DNA of 64,000 bases from Coleofasciculus sp. B1-GNL1-01 (GCA_040220235.1 JAVJTO010000051.1); one strand, 5' to 3'. Counted from the first letter of the stretch, positions 32,267-43,983 are shown. Notes: generated by a model not told the origin, from the sequence alone. Made by a program: numbers and translations.

Positions 32267-33760
32267 TTAAACCTTCGCTTCTTCTAGCATCAACTTAGAC
32301 CGTTTTAGCCTTTCCGGAACTGGAATCGGATAATCCCCAGTAAAACACGCCGAACAGAACGTATTCGCATTATCTTGAGTCGCCAGCATCATGCCTTCCC
32401 AACTCACATACGCCAGAGAATCCACGCCAATTTGTTCAGCAATTTCCTCAACCGACTTGGTTGCCGCAATAAGCTGGTCTTGAGAATCAGTATCAATCCC
32501 ATAGAAACAGGGATGAGTCACAGGGGGTGCAGACACCCGCATGTGAACCTCACTCGCCCCGGCATCCCGTAACGCTTTGACAATCTTCCGACTCGTGGTT
32601 CCCCGGACAATGGAATCGTCCACAATAATCACTCGCTTACCCGTAAGCACATCTTTCAGCGGATTCAGTTTCATCCGAATCCCCGACTCTCGCATACTCT
32701 GCGTCGGTTGGATAAACGTGCGCCCCACATAGCGATTTTTAATCAATCCTTCCGCGTAGGGAATTCCCGACTCTTGGGAAAAGCCGATCGCGGCGGGAAC
32801 CCCTGAATCCGGCACCGCAATCACAATATCAGCGTCAGTCGCCGCTTCTTTTGCCAATTGACGCCCTAAGCGTAGCCGATAGCTGTAGATGGTTTCATCC
32901 TGCATCACGCTATCCGGGCGGGCAAAATAAATCATTTCAAAAATACACAGCTTCCGTTGGGGTTTTTGACTCCAGTGGAAGGATGCCATCCCCTCATCGG
33001 TAATCCAAACCATTTCTCCCGGTTCGACATCCCGCAGGTATTCTGCGCCAATAATATCTAACCCACAGGTTTCTGAGGCGAGGACATAACGCATCGGATT
33101 CGTGCCTAAGGTACCAATCACCAAGGGACGAACGCCATGGGGATCACGCACCCCCATCACTCCTTCCGGCGTGCCAATCACCAAACTATAGGCACCTTCA
33201 CAGAGGTTAAACGCACTAATCGCCGCCTCTAACCAATCCTTACCTTGATCCACTTCCGCACCGATCGCGATCGCAATCATCTCGGAATCCGTTGTGGTCA
33301 AAAATTCATCATAGTTACGGTTCTCTAAATGGGTTCGCAACGCTGAGGCATTGACTAAATTGCCATTATGTGCTAGAGCAAAAGACCCTAAGCGAGTCTG
33401 AACCACAGCAGGTTGGGCGTTAACCACTCGACTTGACCCGGTTGTCGAGTAACGGGTATGACCTACCGCCATAGTCCCCGGTAGCCGTTGCAAAATTTCT
33501 TCGTTAAAGACTTGGGAAACAAGTCCCATATTCTTATAGAGATGCACCTGTTCTCCCTCAAAGGTGGCAATCCCCGCTGATTCTTGACCCCGATGTTGCA
33601 GGGCAAACAGACCGAAGTATGTTAGCTTGGCGACATCTTCTTCTGGCGCATAGATACCAAAAACCCCGCAAGCTTCTTCAGGTTTGTCGGGGCGCTGGCT
33701 AACAATCTGATCAGATTGAGCAGAATTGGGGATAGAGGAGTGGGGTGGCTGGAGAATCAT
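32267..33760 (-). CDS. purF: Amidophosphoribosyltransferase
   Basis: EACGVFG; LQHRGQESAG; GHTRYST; VDDSIVRGTT; PCFYGID. Confidence 0.97.
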   Translation of the reverse strand: MILQPPHSSIPNSAQSDQIVSQRPDKPEEACGVFGIYAPEEDVAKLTYFGLFALQHRGQESAGIATFEGEQVHLYKNMGLVSQVFNEEILQRLPGTMAVGHTRYSTTGSSRVVNAQPAVVQTRLGSFALAHNGNLVNASALRTHLENRNYDEFLTTTDSEMIAIAIGAEVDQGKDWLEAAISAFNLCEGAYSLVIGTPEGVMGVRDPHGVRPLVIGTLGTNPMRYVLASETCGLDIIGAEYLRDVEPGEMVWITDEGMASFHWSQKPQRKLCIFEMIYFARPDSVMQDETIYSYRLRLGRQLAKEAATDADIVIAVPDSGVPAAIGFSQESGIPYAEGLIKNRYVGRTFIQPTQSMRESGIRMKLNPLKDVLTGKRVIIVDDSIVRGTTSRKIVKALRDAGASEVHMRVSAPPVTHPCFYGIDTDSQDQLIAATKSVEEIAEQIGVDSLAYVSWEGMMLATQDNANTFCSACFTGDYPIPVPERLKRSKLMLEEAKV

Positions 33761-33928
33761 GGGTATTATTAGCTTACTCCTGATAGTGGCAGTCAGTTCG
33801 ACTTGTATTAACGCAAATCAATCGGGAATCGTTAAGTTTAATTAACGATTCCTTAACGATACCATTAATTTGTAAGTCATGGATCATGCGTCATTAGTCC
33901 TTCATCAGCCGTGACTGCCTCAACACGG

Positions 33929-36286
33929 CTACAAGCGACGTTCTAGGGCGTTAAAGAAGCGATCGCTCATATCTGCGATCGTAGCGTTGATTAAGGGAGG
34001 ATGATCATTCATTAAAATTTTTAATCCTTCCGAGAGAGATTTAACCCTCCCCAACCGTTGCCAATCCTGGGTCGATTCCCCTAGAGACTCCCGCAGGTAA
34101 GCCTCCCAATCCCCTTGGGCTTCCGGCTTCACCGACACCAGAATCCGACTGGCGCTTTCACCGAATAAAATTTCATCCCAGCGCCGTTCCCCAGACGCAT
34201 CGCCCAATTCAATCTCAGCCCCCAATCCGCCAGAAATACAACATTCCGCCAGCGCCACAGCTAATCCACCCTCGGCACAGTCATGGGCTGAATTCAGGAA
34301 GCGGCGGCGAATGCCTTCACGACAAGCCGCTTGCACCCGACGTTCTAACTCAAAATCCACAATAGGCGGTTTTCCAGCAACAACGCCATGAATCGCACTC
34401 AAGTATTCTGAACCACCTAGGGTTAACTGCGGTGTGGTTACAGTTAGTGATAATCCCAATAAATAAATTAAATCCCCTTCACCCTGCCATCCTTGAGAAC
34501 AAATCTGACTTAAATCTGGAATCGCCCCCACCATTCCAATCACCGGAGTCGGATAAATCGGTTGGGGATTTCCCTGACTATCCACGGTTTCGTTATACAG
34601 CGAGACATTTCCCCCCGTCACAGGCGTCGCCAATTCTGCACAAGCCTCAGCGATACCCTGACAAGCCGATGCCAGTTGCCAGTATCCTATCGGCTTTTCT
34701 GGTGAACCAAAATTCAGATTATCGGTGACGGCGACAGGTTCTGCCCCTACACAGCTTAAATTACGGGCGGCTTCGGCGACGACTACCTTTGCGCCTTCGT
34801 AGGGGTCAAGATAGATATAGCGAGAATTACAATCTACCGTAGCCGCGACACCGGATTGGGCATTGCGCCCTGATTCCGGGGGACGTAAGCGGATGATTGC
34901 CGCATCTGCACCACCAGGAAGCATGACCGTGTTATTTTGTACCTGATGGTCATACTGACGATAGACCCAGCATTTTGAAGCAATGGTTGGTGTATCCAGG
35001 AGTTGTAGGAGAATATCACTCCAGGATTTAGCCTCACCCGAAACTTCTATCCCCGTACTGGTACAACTCGGTAATGACTCAACCGCCCATTGCCAAGCCT
35101 CTTTTGCATAATCTGGCGCTTCAGTCAACACATCCCGATAATAAATCGGCGTATTATCCGATAACGCCGTAGCTGGGATTTCCGCCGCCACTCCCCCTTG
35201 GAACAGAATCCGTACAATCGGTTCTTCAATCACCGTACCGGCGACAACGGCATGAAGTTCCCAACGGTGGAAAATATCAATTAACTCCTGTTCTCGTCCC
35301 TTATGTGCCACAAACAGCATCCGTTCCTGGGATTCCGAGAGTAAATATTCATAGGGAACCATCCCGGTTTCGCGGACTGGAATTAAATCTAAATCCAATT
35401 CAATTCCCACACCCCCCTTTGCCGCCATTTCCGAGGTGGAACAAGTAATCCCCGCCGCCCCCATATCCTGTGCCGCGACAACTGCACCAGTTTTAAAGGC
35501 TTCTAGACAGGCTTCAATCAGGCATTTTTCTAAGAAGGGGTCGCCTACTTGCACTGCTGGGCGGTCATCCATGGATTTATCGGTCAGTTCTGCACTAGCA
35601 AAACTCGCACCCCCCATGCCATCGCGCCCAGTTGTAGACCCCACATACAGCACCGGATTCCCAATTCCTGACGCCCCCGATTTAACAATTTCTGGCGTTT
35701 CCATCAATCCCAGCGCCATCACATTGACCAGGGGATTCCCAGTATAGGCAGGGTCAAAGTACACCTCACCGCCAACCGTAGGGACACCAACAGAGTTACC
35801 ATACCCAGAAATACCCGCCACAACCCCCGAAAATAAGCGCCGGGTGCGGGGATTATCCAGGGAACCGAAACGCAGGGAATTCAAAACCGCAATGGGACGT
35901 GCCCCCATGGTAAAGATATCCCGCAGAATTCCACCAACGCCTGTAGCTGCACCTTGATAGGGTTCTACCGCCGAGGGATGGTTATGGGATTCAATTTTAA
36001 ACGCGAGTTGGAGTCCGTCGCCCAAGTCTACCACACCCGCATTTTCCCCCGGACCAACAAGGATACGTTTCCCGGTGGTGGGGAATTGTTTGAGGAGGGG
36101 GCGGGAGTTCTTGTAGCAACAATGTTCTGACCACATGACGCCGAACATCCCCAGTTCCGCTTTATTGGGGTGACGTCCTAGGCGTTTAACAATTTCCGCG
36201 TATTCGTCCGGCTTGAGTCCTTCAGCGGCGATTTCTTCGGGGGAAAAGGGGGCAGAGGATAGAGTAGACATGGAACCCTTGTACAA
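33929..36286 (-). CDS. purL: Phosphoribosylformylglycinamidine synthase subunit PurL
   Basis: [48 protein letters not shown]. Confidence 0.97.
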   Translation of the reverse strand: MYKGSMSTLSSAPFSPEEIAAEGLKPDEYAEIVKRLGRHPNKAELGMFGVMWSEHCCYKNSRPLLKQFPTTGKRILVGPGENAGVVDLGDGLQLAFKIESHNHPSAVEPYQGAATGVGGILRDIFTMGARPIAVLNSLRFGSLDNPRTRRLFSGVVAGISGYGNSVGVPTVGGEVYFDPAYTGNPLVNVMALGLMETPEIVKSGASGIGNPVLYVGSTTGRDGMGGASFASAELTDKSMDDRPAVQVGDPFLEKCLIEACLEAFKTGAVVAAQDMGAAGITCSTSEMAAKGGVGIELDLDLIPVRETGMVPYEYLLSESQERMLFVAHKGREQELIDIFHRWELHAVVAGTVIEEPIVRILFQGGVAAEIPATALSDNTPIYYRDVLTEAPDYAKEAWQWAVESLPSCTSTGIEVSGEAKSWSDILLQLLDTPTIASKCWVYRQYDHQVQNNTVMLPGGADAAIIRLRPPESGRNAQSGVAATVDCNSRYIYLDPYEGAKVVVAEAARNLSCVGAEPVAVTDNLNFGSPEKPIGYWQLASACQGIAEACAELATPVTGGNVSLYNETVDSQGNPQPIYPTPVIGMVGAIPDLSQICSQGWQGEGDLIYLLGLSLTVTTPQLTLGGSEYLSAIHGVVAGKPPIVDFELERRVQAACREGIRRRFLNSAHDCAEGGLAVALAECCISGGLGAEIELGDASGERRWDEILFGESASRILVSVKPEAQGDWEAYLRESLGESTQDWQRLGRVKSLSEGLKILMNDHPPLINATIADMSDRFFNALERRL

Positions 36287-36451
36287 ATGGCACAGGGATA
36301 ATTGTATCGATTAATGGGCGTCTGGCTAGTAATTCTGAATCAGAGACTGTAGGGGCGGGTTTGACTGCTATCCTTTCTTGGTTGACCCTGATGTGACTAA
36401 ACCCGCCCCGATAAACGTCGCTTGGCAAGGAGATAGTTAACACGGATGGAT

Positions 36452-36553
36452 TCACAGCGCCCCACCAGGGCGAGGGATTGGCTGAAACTGGTCATTGAAA
36501 CAGGACTGACAAGTTCCCTCAAAACCATCAATAAACCGCTTCAACATATCAGT
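36452..36553 (-). pseudogene. 33-codon 3' remnant of the same gene family as 37799-38092
   Basis: Translates TDMLKRFIDGFEGTCQSCFNDQFQPIPRPGGAL*, nearly identical to the end of ORF 37799..38065. Confidence 0.75.
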
Positions 36554-36740
36554 TTGTAGGGTGTGTTAGCGAAGCGTAACGCACCTTTACCATCAGTAGT
36601 GTGTGCTTCCACTATTCTAGCTGTGTCAATCCACTACAACAAATCTCATGTTCATAAAAAATAATGGATTGGATAACCGTAATTTGGTGAATCCAACCCA
36701 TTCATAGTTTATCACTAGAAAGCGTGCAAGGTTATTGTTT

Positions 36741-37476
36741 CTATGACTTGGTCGTGTCTTTCTGGCTCTTTTTCGCTGATTTTTTCTTGAGTAATCTACC
36801 CATTCCCAGAGCAGCCACTGAACCCAGAATAGTTGCGGGTTCAGGAACGGGTTCAGCCTCTACTGAAGTTGTGGTAAAACTCGGACCAAAATAACCCGGG
36901 GTTCTTGAGGAGGAAACATTATCCGGTCGAGTCAGACTGGGAACATTGAACGCTTGACGAGCTTCACCAAATACAACGTCAGGACTGGTCGTGATATTCA
37001 CAAAAGAATTCAAAATAGAGGAACTGGTAACAGTAGCATCAAATCCATCTGCAGGGTTGTAGTAACCAATTACATAAGTTGTGTTGGGATTCAGTTGCAG
37101 ATTAGGCACATCAAGAACGCGCCATATTCCTCGGCTATCTGCACTAGCAAGAGTGGGGTTGCTTGTACCTGCTGAAAAAGTTCCTTGTAAGAGCGGAGTA
37201 GTCGAAGTAGTATCCCAAACTCCCACATCATGATTTCCCGAGAACCCATTACTATCTAGATCAAAAAGCAAGAGTTCATCTAGAGCAACAGTATTATTGA
37301 CGGTAAAACTCCAACCTAAAGTTGAATCTAGACTAGCTGTAGCTATCCCCCCCATTAGGATCTACTGCCCCATTAGGATCTACTGCGATTGTTGACGCTT
37401 GAGCAAAATTAGAACAAATGAGATTGAAGGTTAACACTGTTGCCGCTGTGCCTAATACTTTTCCTAAATTATGCAT
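36741..37476 (-). pseudogene. PEP-CTERM exported protein split by a +1 frameshift in a G7 tract (phase-variable or sequencing error)
   Basis: Signal peptide MHNLGKVLGTAATVL..NFAQA from ATG 37476. C7 on + strand at 37347-37353; with six G the frame continues NGGIATASLD. C-terminal VPEPATILG + TM + KKK. Confidence 0.85.
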
Positions 37477-37798
37477 TTTATTTGCCTCTGATTTTTGGTT
37501 GTTTTGGCTGTTAAACATAAGCATAACAGGATTTTTGGTGGCTGAAAGGATAAAGCAATAACTTTACATTATTTTTACAAGAATCTGCTTTTTTTTTAAG
37601 ATTTGATGAAGTTGGGAAAAAGGGGTGGGTATTTCAGTAGTGCCACACCGCTATCGTGGGGAGAGCGAAGCGTAACGCACCTTTACCATCAGTAGTGTGT
37701 CCTCCAGCATTGTAAGCTGTTCTATGCCAGTAGTAAGGGAACCTTAGCTCTATATTGTTGGGTTTCCTGTCGTCAACCCAACCTACAACCTGCACGAT

Positions 37799-38092
37799 TT
37801 ACAGCGCCCCACCTGGGCGAGGAATTGGTTGAAACTGGTCATTAAAACAGGTTTTACAAGTTCCCGGAAAAGCATGAATAAACCGCTTTAACATATCAGT
37901 ATCTTCGACGAATACAGTCATCCACACCGACCAAAATCCTCTTGTCTTAGCCGTTTCTACAATCTGTTCTCGCATGAACGATGTATCGTTCTTTTTCAGA
38001 TTATTCAATGACCGTTCAGCAATATCCCAAGCTTTTTGGCGATTAAGCCAGCGTCGGTCTTTCATGGCTGGAAGGTCTTGTTCCCTTTTGTA
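37799..38092 (-). pseudogene. 5'-truncated C-terminal remnant, probably of an HNH nuclease of the type paired with AAA ATPases
   Basis: DRRW..R..AW and RGFWSVWMTVF motifs; no N-terminal HNH core; frame closes ~9 codons upstream of Met 38065. Confidence 0.55.
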
Positions 38093-38509
38093 CTACATTT
38101 TGAAGTGGACAATTTGGGCTTGAATATCTGCGGAATGGGAATGTCGATTATATATATAGCAACCGCCATAGCGGTTAGGACACATCATTTATGTTCCAGA
38201 CGCGCCATGGCGCGTCTCTACAATGGTGCTTAGCGAGCAAGATGCTCGCACTACAAGGATTTCACAATTCTTGCCAAACCTCTAAAGGATGGTTTGTAAT
38301 CTGGGATAGCGTAGATTCTTTTACTGAAAAATAATACGGTCTACCACCCGCACAACCAATCTATTCTGACCAACTCAATCGCATTTGATTGAAGCCTTAG
38401 TCCCAAACTGGCGGATTGCTTTGTTTTGAGTACCTGCTACTTTTTCCACTTACCTGTTCACCCCAACCTACAAATGGGATCAAATGTGAAATTCTAGATA
38501 GTTGCAGCG

Positions 38510-39322
38510 ATGAAAGATACTGAATGCGTTCGCTTATTACAGTGGGCTTTACCTCAATTAAACCTACGTTGGGCGGGGTTTCGTAAGGTGCGAAAGCAAG
38601 CCTGTAAACGAATCCAACAGCGTATTTTTGAACTTGGACTATCCGATAGTGACGCCTATCAATCTTACCTAAATACCCATCCGGAAGAATGGACAATATT
38701 AGATTGCTACTGTCGAATTACGATTTCCCGATTTTATCGCGATCAACAAATTTTCCAACCGTTACATCAAGAACTATTTCCCCAACTTATCCAACTTGCC
38801 CAAGAACGAGGTGACACAGAATTTGTCTGCTGGAGTGCTGGCTGTGCATCGGGAGAAGAAGCATATACTCTTTCTATTCTCTGGCATTTAGCTAAATTCT
38901 CTCAAATTTATAACCTTTCACTGCGAATTGTTGCGACTGACGCCAATGGCTATCTGTTGGAGAGGGCAAGAATGGGTTGTTATCAATGGGGAAGTTTAAA
39001 AGAACTTCCGTCTGACTGGTTGGCACAGGCTTTCACTAAATCTGATGAATTTTATTGTATTCGTCCTGAGTTTCGTGAAGGAATTGAGTTTAAACAACAG
39101 GATATTCGTACCACTATGCCTTCGGAGTCATTTAATATGATATTGTGTCGAAATCTAGTCTTAACCTATTTCGATGCAGACTTACAACAAAAGGTGTTAT
39201 CACAGATGCTCAAGCGATTGCTTCCTAGAGGCGTATTTGTTGTTGGCAGCCATGAATCTTTACCTGAAAATTTTCGGCAGATGCAAGCTATTCGGCTAGG
39301 ACTTTATCGAAAAGAACACTAA
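38510..39322 (+). CDS. cheR: CheR-type protein-glutamate O-methyltransferase (stand-alone)
   Basis: ITISRFYRD; WSAGCASGEEAYTL; ILCRNL; VGSHESL. Confidence 0.9.
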   Translation: MKDTECVRLLQWALPQLNLRWAGFRKVRKQACKRIQQRIFELGLSDSDAYQSYLNTHPEEWTILDCYCRITISRFYRDQQIFQPLHQELFPQLIQLAQERGDTEFVCWSAGCASGEEAYTLSILWHLAKFSQIYNLSLRIVATDANGYLLERARMGCYQWGSLKELPSDWLAQAFTKSDEFYCIRPEFREGIEFKQQDIRTTMPSESFNMILCRNLVLTYFDADLQQKVLSQMLKRLLPRGVFVVGSHESLPENFRQMQAIRLGLYRKEH

Positions 39323-39386
39323 TTTGGGTTAGGATTGACGATTGATGGTTGACGGTGGCTAAGTCACTGGGATTTCTCAAAAGACG

Positions 39387-39671
39387 TTAACCAACACAAG
39401 CGCTGGCTTTTAAAGGCTGATGAGAGGCTAATGAACGGGGGATTAAGCCCGCAAAGGATAACTCCCCTTGTTGTTTGATTTGAGTATTTTGAGAATTGTT
39501 CTTGGCAATAATAAATTCGAGAATTGACTGGGCTTGTTGGGGATCGTGTAGGTAGTAGATCGCCTGAGATTTAGGCGAGAGCCAGATTTGCAGCTTCCAG
39601 GGCTTAGATGCAGATACAGAGTTAGGTTCGAGGGAAAAGGTAATCATTATCGGCTGGTGTCCTGATTTCAA
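39387..39671 (-). CDS. Hypothetical protein
   Basis: Fills an intergenic gap; no recognisable motif. Confidence 0.3.
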   Translation of the reverse strand: MKSGHQPIMITFSLEPNSVSASKPWKLQIWLSPKSQAIYYLHDPQQAQSILEFIIAKNNSQNTQIKQQGELSFAGLIPRSLASHQPLKASACVG

Positions 39672-40113
39672 GGGAGTAAAGTAAATAGATGGAGAACCTG
39701 AAAGTTGAGAGAAAGAAATGCTTTCTTGATTCCCACTTATAACTTTACCGGATTTTCCTACTCTTTAGAGAGAGTTAAATCATACCGAAGTTTTGATTGT
39801 AATCCGCCCTGGGGGTGAGCTACGTAATATAAATTTGCTGAAATCGATCAACTTAATAACGTGATTGAAGTCACAAGCATGGTGGCGCAAAACTCATTCT
39901 TTGGCTGGAGAAAAACTGCCGAGCTGCCATTATTTAGGAGTCATTTGTTATTCGCTCTTTCTCCAGTGAGTCTATTATTGATCAGAAAATGTTGTTTTTG
40001 TCAATCCCACCGAATGCATAGGTAGTCTCAAATATGACCCTATCGGTGCGTTCTGTTGGGAAGCGCCAATACTATTACAATAAGTTAAGCAAGTATAATC
40101 TGAGTTTAAACTT

Positions 40114-40995
40114 ATGGTAAGTAGCCAAGACACGCTTTGGGAGCGATTCTTACAACCCATTGTTGGCGTATTCATCGATCAAGAGAAACTGCGCCAGCTT
40201 TATGAGAGCATTGACTGGCAACGAGAGAGCGATCGCCTTTCTACACCTGACTTAGTTTACCCGGATTACTACAAGAGTCAGAACTTCCACGGGATTGAAG
40301 GGGGTTACTTGAATGGTGGTGCAGCAACCAGCTATGATCCGATTACCCAATACGCTTTACCTCCCAACGAAACCTGGGTACGCCAGGAGTTAATCGATCG
40401 CATCCAGGGAACACCGCGACGGATTCTGGATTTAGGCTGCGGTACGGGTTCAACTACCCTGCTGTTAAAACAGGCATTTCCTGAAGCTGAGGTAATCGGT
40501 TTGGATTTATCCCCTTATATGTTAGTCATGGCAGAGCGCAAAGCTGAAGCCTCTGGGATAGACATTCAATGGCGTCATGGTAAAGCGGAAGAGACAGGCT
40601 TACCAGAAGCGTCTTTTGACCTAGTGACAGCTTCCTTATTATTCCACGAAACCCCCCCAGCCGTGGCGAAGTCGATTTTGCGGGAAAGCTTCCGACTCCT
40701 CAAGGGAGGTGGACAAGTTCTGATCTTAGATGGTAACCAGCGAACCTTGCGTCAAGTAAACTGGTTAACGGAGGTGTTTGAAGAACCCTATATTCAAGAT
40801 TACGCCACCGATAGCGTAGACGCCTGGATGGGTTCGGCTGGGTTTGAAGCGGTGCAGACTCAAGACGTGTGGTGGCTGAATCAGGTTACCCAAGGCATGA
40901 AACCTCTCCCCGTAGACGGACAAGTGTACCAACGGACTCAACGCCGCACAATCGACGACTTAGGTTCCCAAGGTATTTTAGCTCCAGCATATTGA
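40114..40995 (+). CDS. Class I SAM-dependent methyltransferase (UbiE-like)
   Basis: RILDLGCGTGS; GLDLSPYML; LLFHETP; LLKGGG. Confidence 0.9.
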   Translation: MVSSQDTLWERFLQPIVGVFIDQEKLRQLYESIDWQRESDRLSTPDLVYPDYYKSQNFHGIEGGYLNGGAATSYDPITQYALPPNETWVRQELIDRIQGTPRRILDLGCGTGSTTLLLKQAFPEAEVIGLDLSPYMLVMAERKAEASGIDIQWRHGKAEETGLPEASFDLVTASLLFHETPPAVAKSILRESFRLLKGGGQVLILDGNQRTLRQVNWLTEVFEEPYIQDYATDSVDAWMGSAGFEAVQTQDVWWLNQVTQGMKPLPVDGQVYQRTQRRTIDDLGSQGILAPAY

Positions 40996-41005
40996 AGAAT
41001 GTGGT

Positions 41006-41713
41006 ATGAGTTTAAAGGCAGTTCTGTTTGATTTCAACGGCGTGATTATCAACGATGAGTCGATTCACCAGCAACTCATCGAAGACATTCTGCTGGGTGA
41101 AAATCTGCGTCCCTCGGCGGCGGATTACTGGGAGGATTGTTTAGGGCGTAGCGATCGCGCTTGCTTAAAAGTGTTATTGGAGAAACGAGGTCGGGTACTG
41201 AGTGAGGAGGAATTAACCCGTTTAATCACCAAAAAAGCCAACGCCTACCGTCGTCAACTGAAAACTCTATCTAAATTACCGATATATCCGGGAGTCGAAG
41301 ATTTAATTTACAAAATCCGCGTGGCTCAACTCCCCATGGGGGTGGTGAGTGGGGCGTTGCGATCAGAAGTTGAGTTAGTCTTGGATCGAGCTGAATTATT
41401 GCAATATTTTCCGGTTATTGTGGCAGGTGATGACATTAAAGTGAGTAAACCGGAACCGGATGGCTATCTGTTAGCAGTGGAACGCCTCAATCAGCAGTTT
41501 CCACAACTTAATGCCAAATCCTCTGATTGTCTCGCCATTGAAGACACCCCGGCGGGTATTGAAGCGGCAAAACGAGCCGGGATGCAAGTCGTCGGCGTTG
41601 CTAATACCTATCCCTTCCACATGCTTCAGCGTCAAGCCGACTGGACGGTTGATTACCTGCATCAGCTTGAACTTGAGCGCGTGCAGGAAGTCTACGCTCA
41701 GGTTGTGGGTTAG
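41006..41713 (+). CDS. HAD-IA family phosphatase
   Basis: FDFNGVIINDE; SKPEPDGY; IEDTPAGIEAAKRAGM. Confidence 0.9.
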   Translation: MSLKAVLFDFNGVIINDESIHQQLIEDILLGENLRPSAADYWEDCLGRSDRACLKVLLEKRGRVLSEEELTRLITKKANAYRRQLKTLSKLPIYPGVEDLIYKIRVAQLPMGVVSGALRSEVELVLDRAELLQYFPVIVAGDDIKVSKPEPDGYLLAVERLNQQFPQLNAKSSDCLAIEDTPAGIEAAKRAGMQVVGVANTYPFHMLQRQADWTVDYLHQLELERVQEVYAQVVG

Positions 41714-41775
41714 ATAGCGTAGCCGTGCGATTTGCAGCAACGGTGGAACAATCAAATGCACAAGAAGGAGCAATC

Positions 41776-42312
41776 ATGGAACTCGCTACCGCCGCCAATG
41801 CATGGATCAACACAAAGGACTCCAAGAATCCGGAGGTCATAGAGAAAGCTCGCTACATTATTAACCATAACTACTATTGTGTGCTTTCAACCTGTTCACC
41901 TGATGGATTACCTTGGGGTTCTCCCGTGTTCTTTGCTTATGAATACAACCGGGGTTATCACATTTACTGGTGTTCGGCTGTAGATGCAAAGCATTCGCAA
42001 AATCTTTATCATAATTATGGACGAGTCGCTATCACTATATTTGATTCAAGCGTCGCCGAAGGAACAGGTAGTGGCTTATATTTCTATGGTTCAGCGTCTG
42101 AGCTGGATGTAGACCAAATAGAAAGAGTCGTTAAACTGATGGCGAATCGCGCTGGCAAGGAGATTAATCGGACAGTAACGGATTACTTAGATGGGTCACC
42201 TCGTAGGCTTTACCACTTCCAGCCTGATCAAGTGTGGATAACTGGAGAAAGGCTTCCCGTGGGTAATCAGTTAGTTGACACAAAAATCCAAATTAGTTTG
42301 TCTGAGTTTTGA
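41776..42312 (+). CDS. Pyridoxamine 5'-phosphate oxidase (FMN-binding split barrel) family protein
   Basis: AAGGAG RBS before ATG 41776; LSTCSPDGLPWGSPVFF..S..AKHSQN..VAITIFDS. Confidence 0.8.
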   Translation: MELATAANAWINTKDSKNPEVIEKARYIINHNYYCVLSTCSPDGLPWGSPVFFAYEYNRGYHIYWCSAVDAKHSQNLYHNYGRVAITIFDSSVAEGTGSGLYFYGSASELDVDQIERVVKLMANRAGKEINRTVTDYLDGSPRRLYHFQPDQVWITGERLPVGNQLVDTKIQISLSEF

Positions 42313-42436
42313 TATAAGTAGGTGGACACAATAAAAGCTAACGGTGGAGAACTCGCTTCCCTTGAGAAGCAAGCTACGTCCTTTGTCAGGGTTTATCGCT
42401 CAGGTGAGCCGCTACAGTATGCTAGACTAGGAGTCT

Positions 42437-42509
42437 GGGGAATTAGCTCAGTTGGTAGAGCGCTGCGATCGCACCGCAGAGGTCACCGGTTCAAATCCGG
42501 TATTCTCCA
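42437..42509 (+). tRNA. tRNA-Ala (anticodon CGC)
   Basis: 73-nt cloverleaf: GGGGAAT/ATTCTCC acceptor stem with G3:U70; anticodon arm CTGCG-ATCGCAC-CGCAG; T-loop TTCAAAT; CCA not encoded. Confidence 0.97.
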
Positions 42510-42513
42510 TTTT

Positions 42514-42578
42514 TGTCAATTGCCACATTATTTGTCATCGTTGTTTGATTAGTGTCATCTTGACAAATTGAATTAACT
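42514..42578 (+). mobile_element. Tn7-like (type V-K CAST-type) transposon end
   Basis: Terminal TGT 4 bp after the tRNA, then 20-bp-period TnsB-site-like units at 42521, 42541 and 42561 (TGCCACATTATTTGTCATCG / TTGTTTGATTAGTGTCATCT / TGACAAATT..). Confidence 0.7.
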
Positions 42579-42766
42579 GGCATCTGTGGTTAGATCGAAT
42601 TCATGCAAAACTTCAGTGAAAGTTGTAGGCGCGTTGGTTGCCCGATCAAAAGCCGATACCGTTGGAGTAAAATACTCAATGGAAGAGTTGCAGATCGGTG
42701 GCGATGATGGTCGTTTGCATCCCAATCCGCGAGAATTGAAATTCTGAGAGATTTAGCGTTAAAGCT

Positions 42767-43756
42767 ATGAATGCAGTCGAAATCGAAGAAGCTGTTTCCC
42801 AACTCGCCGAAGCTCCCTTTGACTCAGAGGAGTTTCCCTTTGCCTTCCTTATAAATCCCTACTTAATCACAGGAGTAAACACAATAATTCAGCCTATTTC
42901 AAAACCCATATCTTCTGTGGATGAGATGAGTTTCGGTAATATGCCGAATGAAGGTGGTTTTTTACTACTGGATCAGATTGAAGCAGAGAATGCCACCAAA
43001 AAGCATCAAGTAAAGTCCCACTTTATACGACACTTTATAGGTTCTCAAGAATTTATTAAGGGTCAGCAACGTCGTTGTATTTGGATCAATGATGACGAAT
43101 ATCCTGAAGCTAAACATAATGCTTGGTTAAGCGACAGGTTTGAATCCGTTCGCATCAAAAGAGAAACTTCCAATCGACAGACAACCAAGCAACTTGCAGA
43201 TACTCCATATCGTTTTGGTGAAGTTCGCCAGCGTGGTGATGAAAGAGTAATTGTAGTTGCTGCCATTAGTTCTGAAAATCGAGACTTTCTTCCCTGTGGA
43301 CTTCTACAACGAGGCACGATTATATCTAACAAATGCTACGCCCTATATGATGCCCCCCTCTGGAACATGGCAATCATCGCCTCGCGCCTCCACTGGGTCT
43401 GGATTGGCACAGTTTGCGTTCGCATGAGAACCGATTTTTCCTACTCCAACACCCTTGGCTGGAATACCTTCCCCGTCCCCACCCTCACTGAAAAAAATAA
43501 AACCGATCTCACCCGTTGCGCTGAAGACATCCTTTTAGCGCGGGAACAGTATTTCCCCGCCACGATTGCGGATATGTACGACCCAGAGCGCATGGACAAA
43601 GAGTTTCCCCTAGTGCGAGAAGCCCACGATCGCAATGATGAAGTATTAGAGCGCATCTACATCGGTCGTCGCTTCAAAAATGACACAGAACGCTTAGAGA
43701 AGCTGTTTGAACTTTATACGAAAATGACCACACCGAAATCTTCCTCAAGGTTGTAG
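42767..43756 (+). pseudogene. YeeA/MmeI-like type IIG/IIL DNA methyltransferase with a large in-frame internal deletion (N-terminal 28 aa fused to TRD and C-terminus)
   Basis: MNAVEIEEAVSQLAEAPFDSEEFPFAFL joined directly to INPYL..FGNMPNEGG..YSNTLGWNTFPVP..TIADMYDP..ERLEKLFELY; no SAM-binding or NPPF motifs. Confidence 0.8.
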
Positions 43757-43983
43757 TATTCGCCCTCATCCCCCAGCCCCTTCTCCCAATCTGGATATTG
43801 CTGGCGAATTGGAAAAACCTAACCCCCCAGCCCCCTTCCCTGCGTAGCTTGCTTCCCCGAAGGGGTGGGAAGGGGGAGAATCAAAGCCCCTCCTCGCGTC
43901 GGGGAGGGGTTTGGGGAGGGGTCTGACCCCTCAGTTAATGACCAGCAGTATCAATCTGAGAGAGGGATTTAGGGTGAGGGAAA

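Noticed and set aside
42465..42472. HIP1 octamer within the tRNA anticodon arm
   Set aside because: Follows largely from the CGC anticodon and stem; no evidence of a separate function.
42322..42552. 76-aa ORF
   Set aside because: Overlaps a dispersed repeat, the tRNA-Ala and the transposon end.
42590..42766. Possible cas12k, tracrRNA or V-K array remnant next to the transposon end
   Set aside because: Six-frame reading gave nothing recognisable, and no V-K repeat was seen.
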